This document shows, piece by piece, positions 8,420 to 9,612 of a DNA stretch of 9,612 bases (position 1 is the stretch's first letter; every line of letters begins with the position of its first letter). The notes below the pieces were generated by a model. The model had not been told where the DNA came from, searched no databases, and saw only the letters and a program-made list of their open reading frames with translations. This stretch comes from Geosiphon pyriformis uo1 (taxonomy: Eukaryota; Fungi; Glomeromycota), in contig JAAOMT010000445.1 in NCBI GenBank assembly GCA_016748015.1, positions 552,763 to 562,374 on the forward strand, in the 5' to 3' direction. Made by a program: the position numbers and the translations under genes.

Positions 8420-9612
8420 TTAGACATTATTAAGTAGCTTGATTGGGTATAATAGTGATTAAGTCTTTGTTGAATCGAATTTTGGAGAATTAATTGATTG
8501 TTGGAATTAAATCTGTTGTTGTTTATTAAAAAACGGTTTTAAGGATTGAATTAGTTTTGTTAAATCAGTTTTCAAGCAGATACTTAGTATTATTGTATTG
8601 GTAAGAATTGTTGGTATTACTGCTGTAAAACAGATTAATAGTAATTATTTTGTTGTTGGGATCTTAGAAAGTAGTAGGCAGATAGTGGTAAAGATTAATA
8701 ATAAAATTGCTATAGTAAAGAGTAATATTAATTATTTTTGTTTTGTTGGTCTCATTGTTATTTTTTGCAATCTTGTTTTCAATATCTTAAAATTTTACAA
8801 TAGTAACAGCTTTATGGTTGGTCATTGAATAATAAGAGGTAGTTGTTTTAATTGCATCATTGGGATGGCTAATATCTTTGTAATGATTGCTATTGTTGTT
8901 GGTTGGTAAAATAATTTTTGACCTTTTTTGTAAGTTAGTCAATTTTTTTTTCAGTTATTAAGCTGATTTCTCTTATAGCAAGATTTACAAGTTTTGTGTA
9001 GTTTGCTTTTTCTATAGCTATTTCATAATTTTTTATATGTTAAATAACCATAGCTAAATCTGCTAGAACATAAAAACCAATTTTTTTAATTAATTTATCT
9101 TTTAATTTTGCTATAAACTAATTCAAAATCTGGGTATTGGAATAATCGAATTTATTGAAGAAATTTGTTAAATTTTTCAAGATAGATTATGACAAATTTA
9201 AATGGTTCTTGCTTGATGTTTCGGAATTAGTTTCAAAGTATAATAGATGTATTGTTGTCAGTAAATTGTTGTAAGAAAGCATTTTTGAATGTTTGCCAAT
9301 TTTTAAAGAGTTTATCTAAGTTTTTAAACTATTTGTCTACAATTCTTTGAAAAAAATACAGAATAGCTTTAAGTATTCTTTTAGTATTTTATTTGTTTAT
9401 ATCTTCTGCTTTCTGAATTTTATTAAGCCATTCTTGTGGACTGGTGTCAGCATTTTTTTCTGTGAACTCAGCGATTTTTGCAATATAGATAGTTGCCATT
9501 TTTTCAGTGTTTTCAGTTTCAGTAATTTTTTTTCTGTAAATTCAGAGATATTTTTACTGTTATTAGAGTAGTGGCTTTGGTTTTTTATTAAAAAATCAAG
9601 AAAATTGGTGTT
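8420..9612 (-). pseudogene. gag: gag relic (retrotransposon gag/capsid domain, zinc knuckle, Q/N/Y-rich tail)
   Basis: From 9499: MATIYIAKIAEFTEKNADTSPQEWLNKIQKA...NWQTFKNAFLQQFTDNNTSIIL*N*FRNIKQEPFKFVIIYLEKFNK...ILN*FIAKLKDKLIKKI. This fits the W-x-x-F-K-x-x-F-L / L-x-Q / Y-x-x-x-F pattern of Retrotrans_gag. Coding-like sequence continues upstream to the window edge. Confidence 0.88.
8767..8808 (-). other. Degenerate CCHC nucleocapsid zinc knuckle
   Basis: Reads CYYCKILRY*KQDC, which has exact CX2CX4HX4C spacing with H>Y (CAT>TAT). Confidence 0.88.

Larger units (their letters stand above)
2187..9612 (-). mobile_element. Degenerate Ty3/Gypsy (Metaviridae) LTR retrotransposon carrying a dUTPase; 5' end lies beyond the window
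   Basis: The minus-strand order gag-PR-(DUT)-RT-RH-IN is diagnostic of Ty3/Gypsy. It is followed by ORF3, a purine tract and a TGTTAC LTR start. Stops and frameshifts occur throughout. Confidence 0.95.

Noticed and set aside
5825-9571. Plus-strand ORFs 5825-6013, 8210-8407, 8598-8828 and 9347-9571 as small membrane proteins
   Set aside because: They are antisense shadows of A-rich gag/pol. The hydrophobicity follows from T-rich codons, and none begins with a true ATG.
3214-9612. Alternative genetic code (TAA/TAG=Gln or TGA=Trp) making gag-pol intact
   Set aside because: All three stop types occur at inferred Q, W and R positions, catalytic residues are mutated, and frameshifts are present. 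This is mutational decay, not recoding.

Overview
AT-rich eukaryotic repeat DNA with no intact gene. The host is probably a Glomeromycotina fungus, judged only from my recollection of similar proteins and not verified. Positions 1-~940 (+) hold a CpG-rich, disrupted RNase H-fold transposase-like pseudogene. Positions ~2187-9612 (-) hold a nearly complete but heavily C>T/G>A-mutated Ty3/Gypsy LTR retrotransposon with an unusual layout: gag (CCHC knuckle), aspartic protease, a ~300-aa spacer with a Cys-rich module, dUTPase, a possible second decayed dUTPase-like repeat, RT, RNase H, integrase (HHCC, D,D35E, GPF), an extra sense ORF3, a PPT and a ~200-bp LTR. Beyond the LTR come a 20-bp repeat array, an inverted copy of it, and another decayed minus-strand ORF, possibly the start of a second element sharing that LTR. 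All domain calls come from manual translation through stops and frameshifts. Most ORF-track entries are fragments or antisense shadows of these relics.
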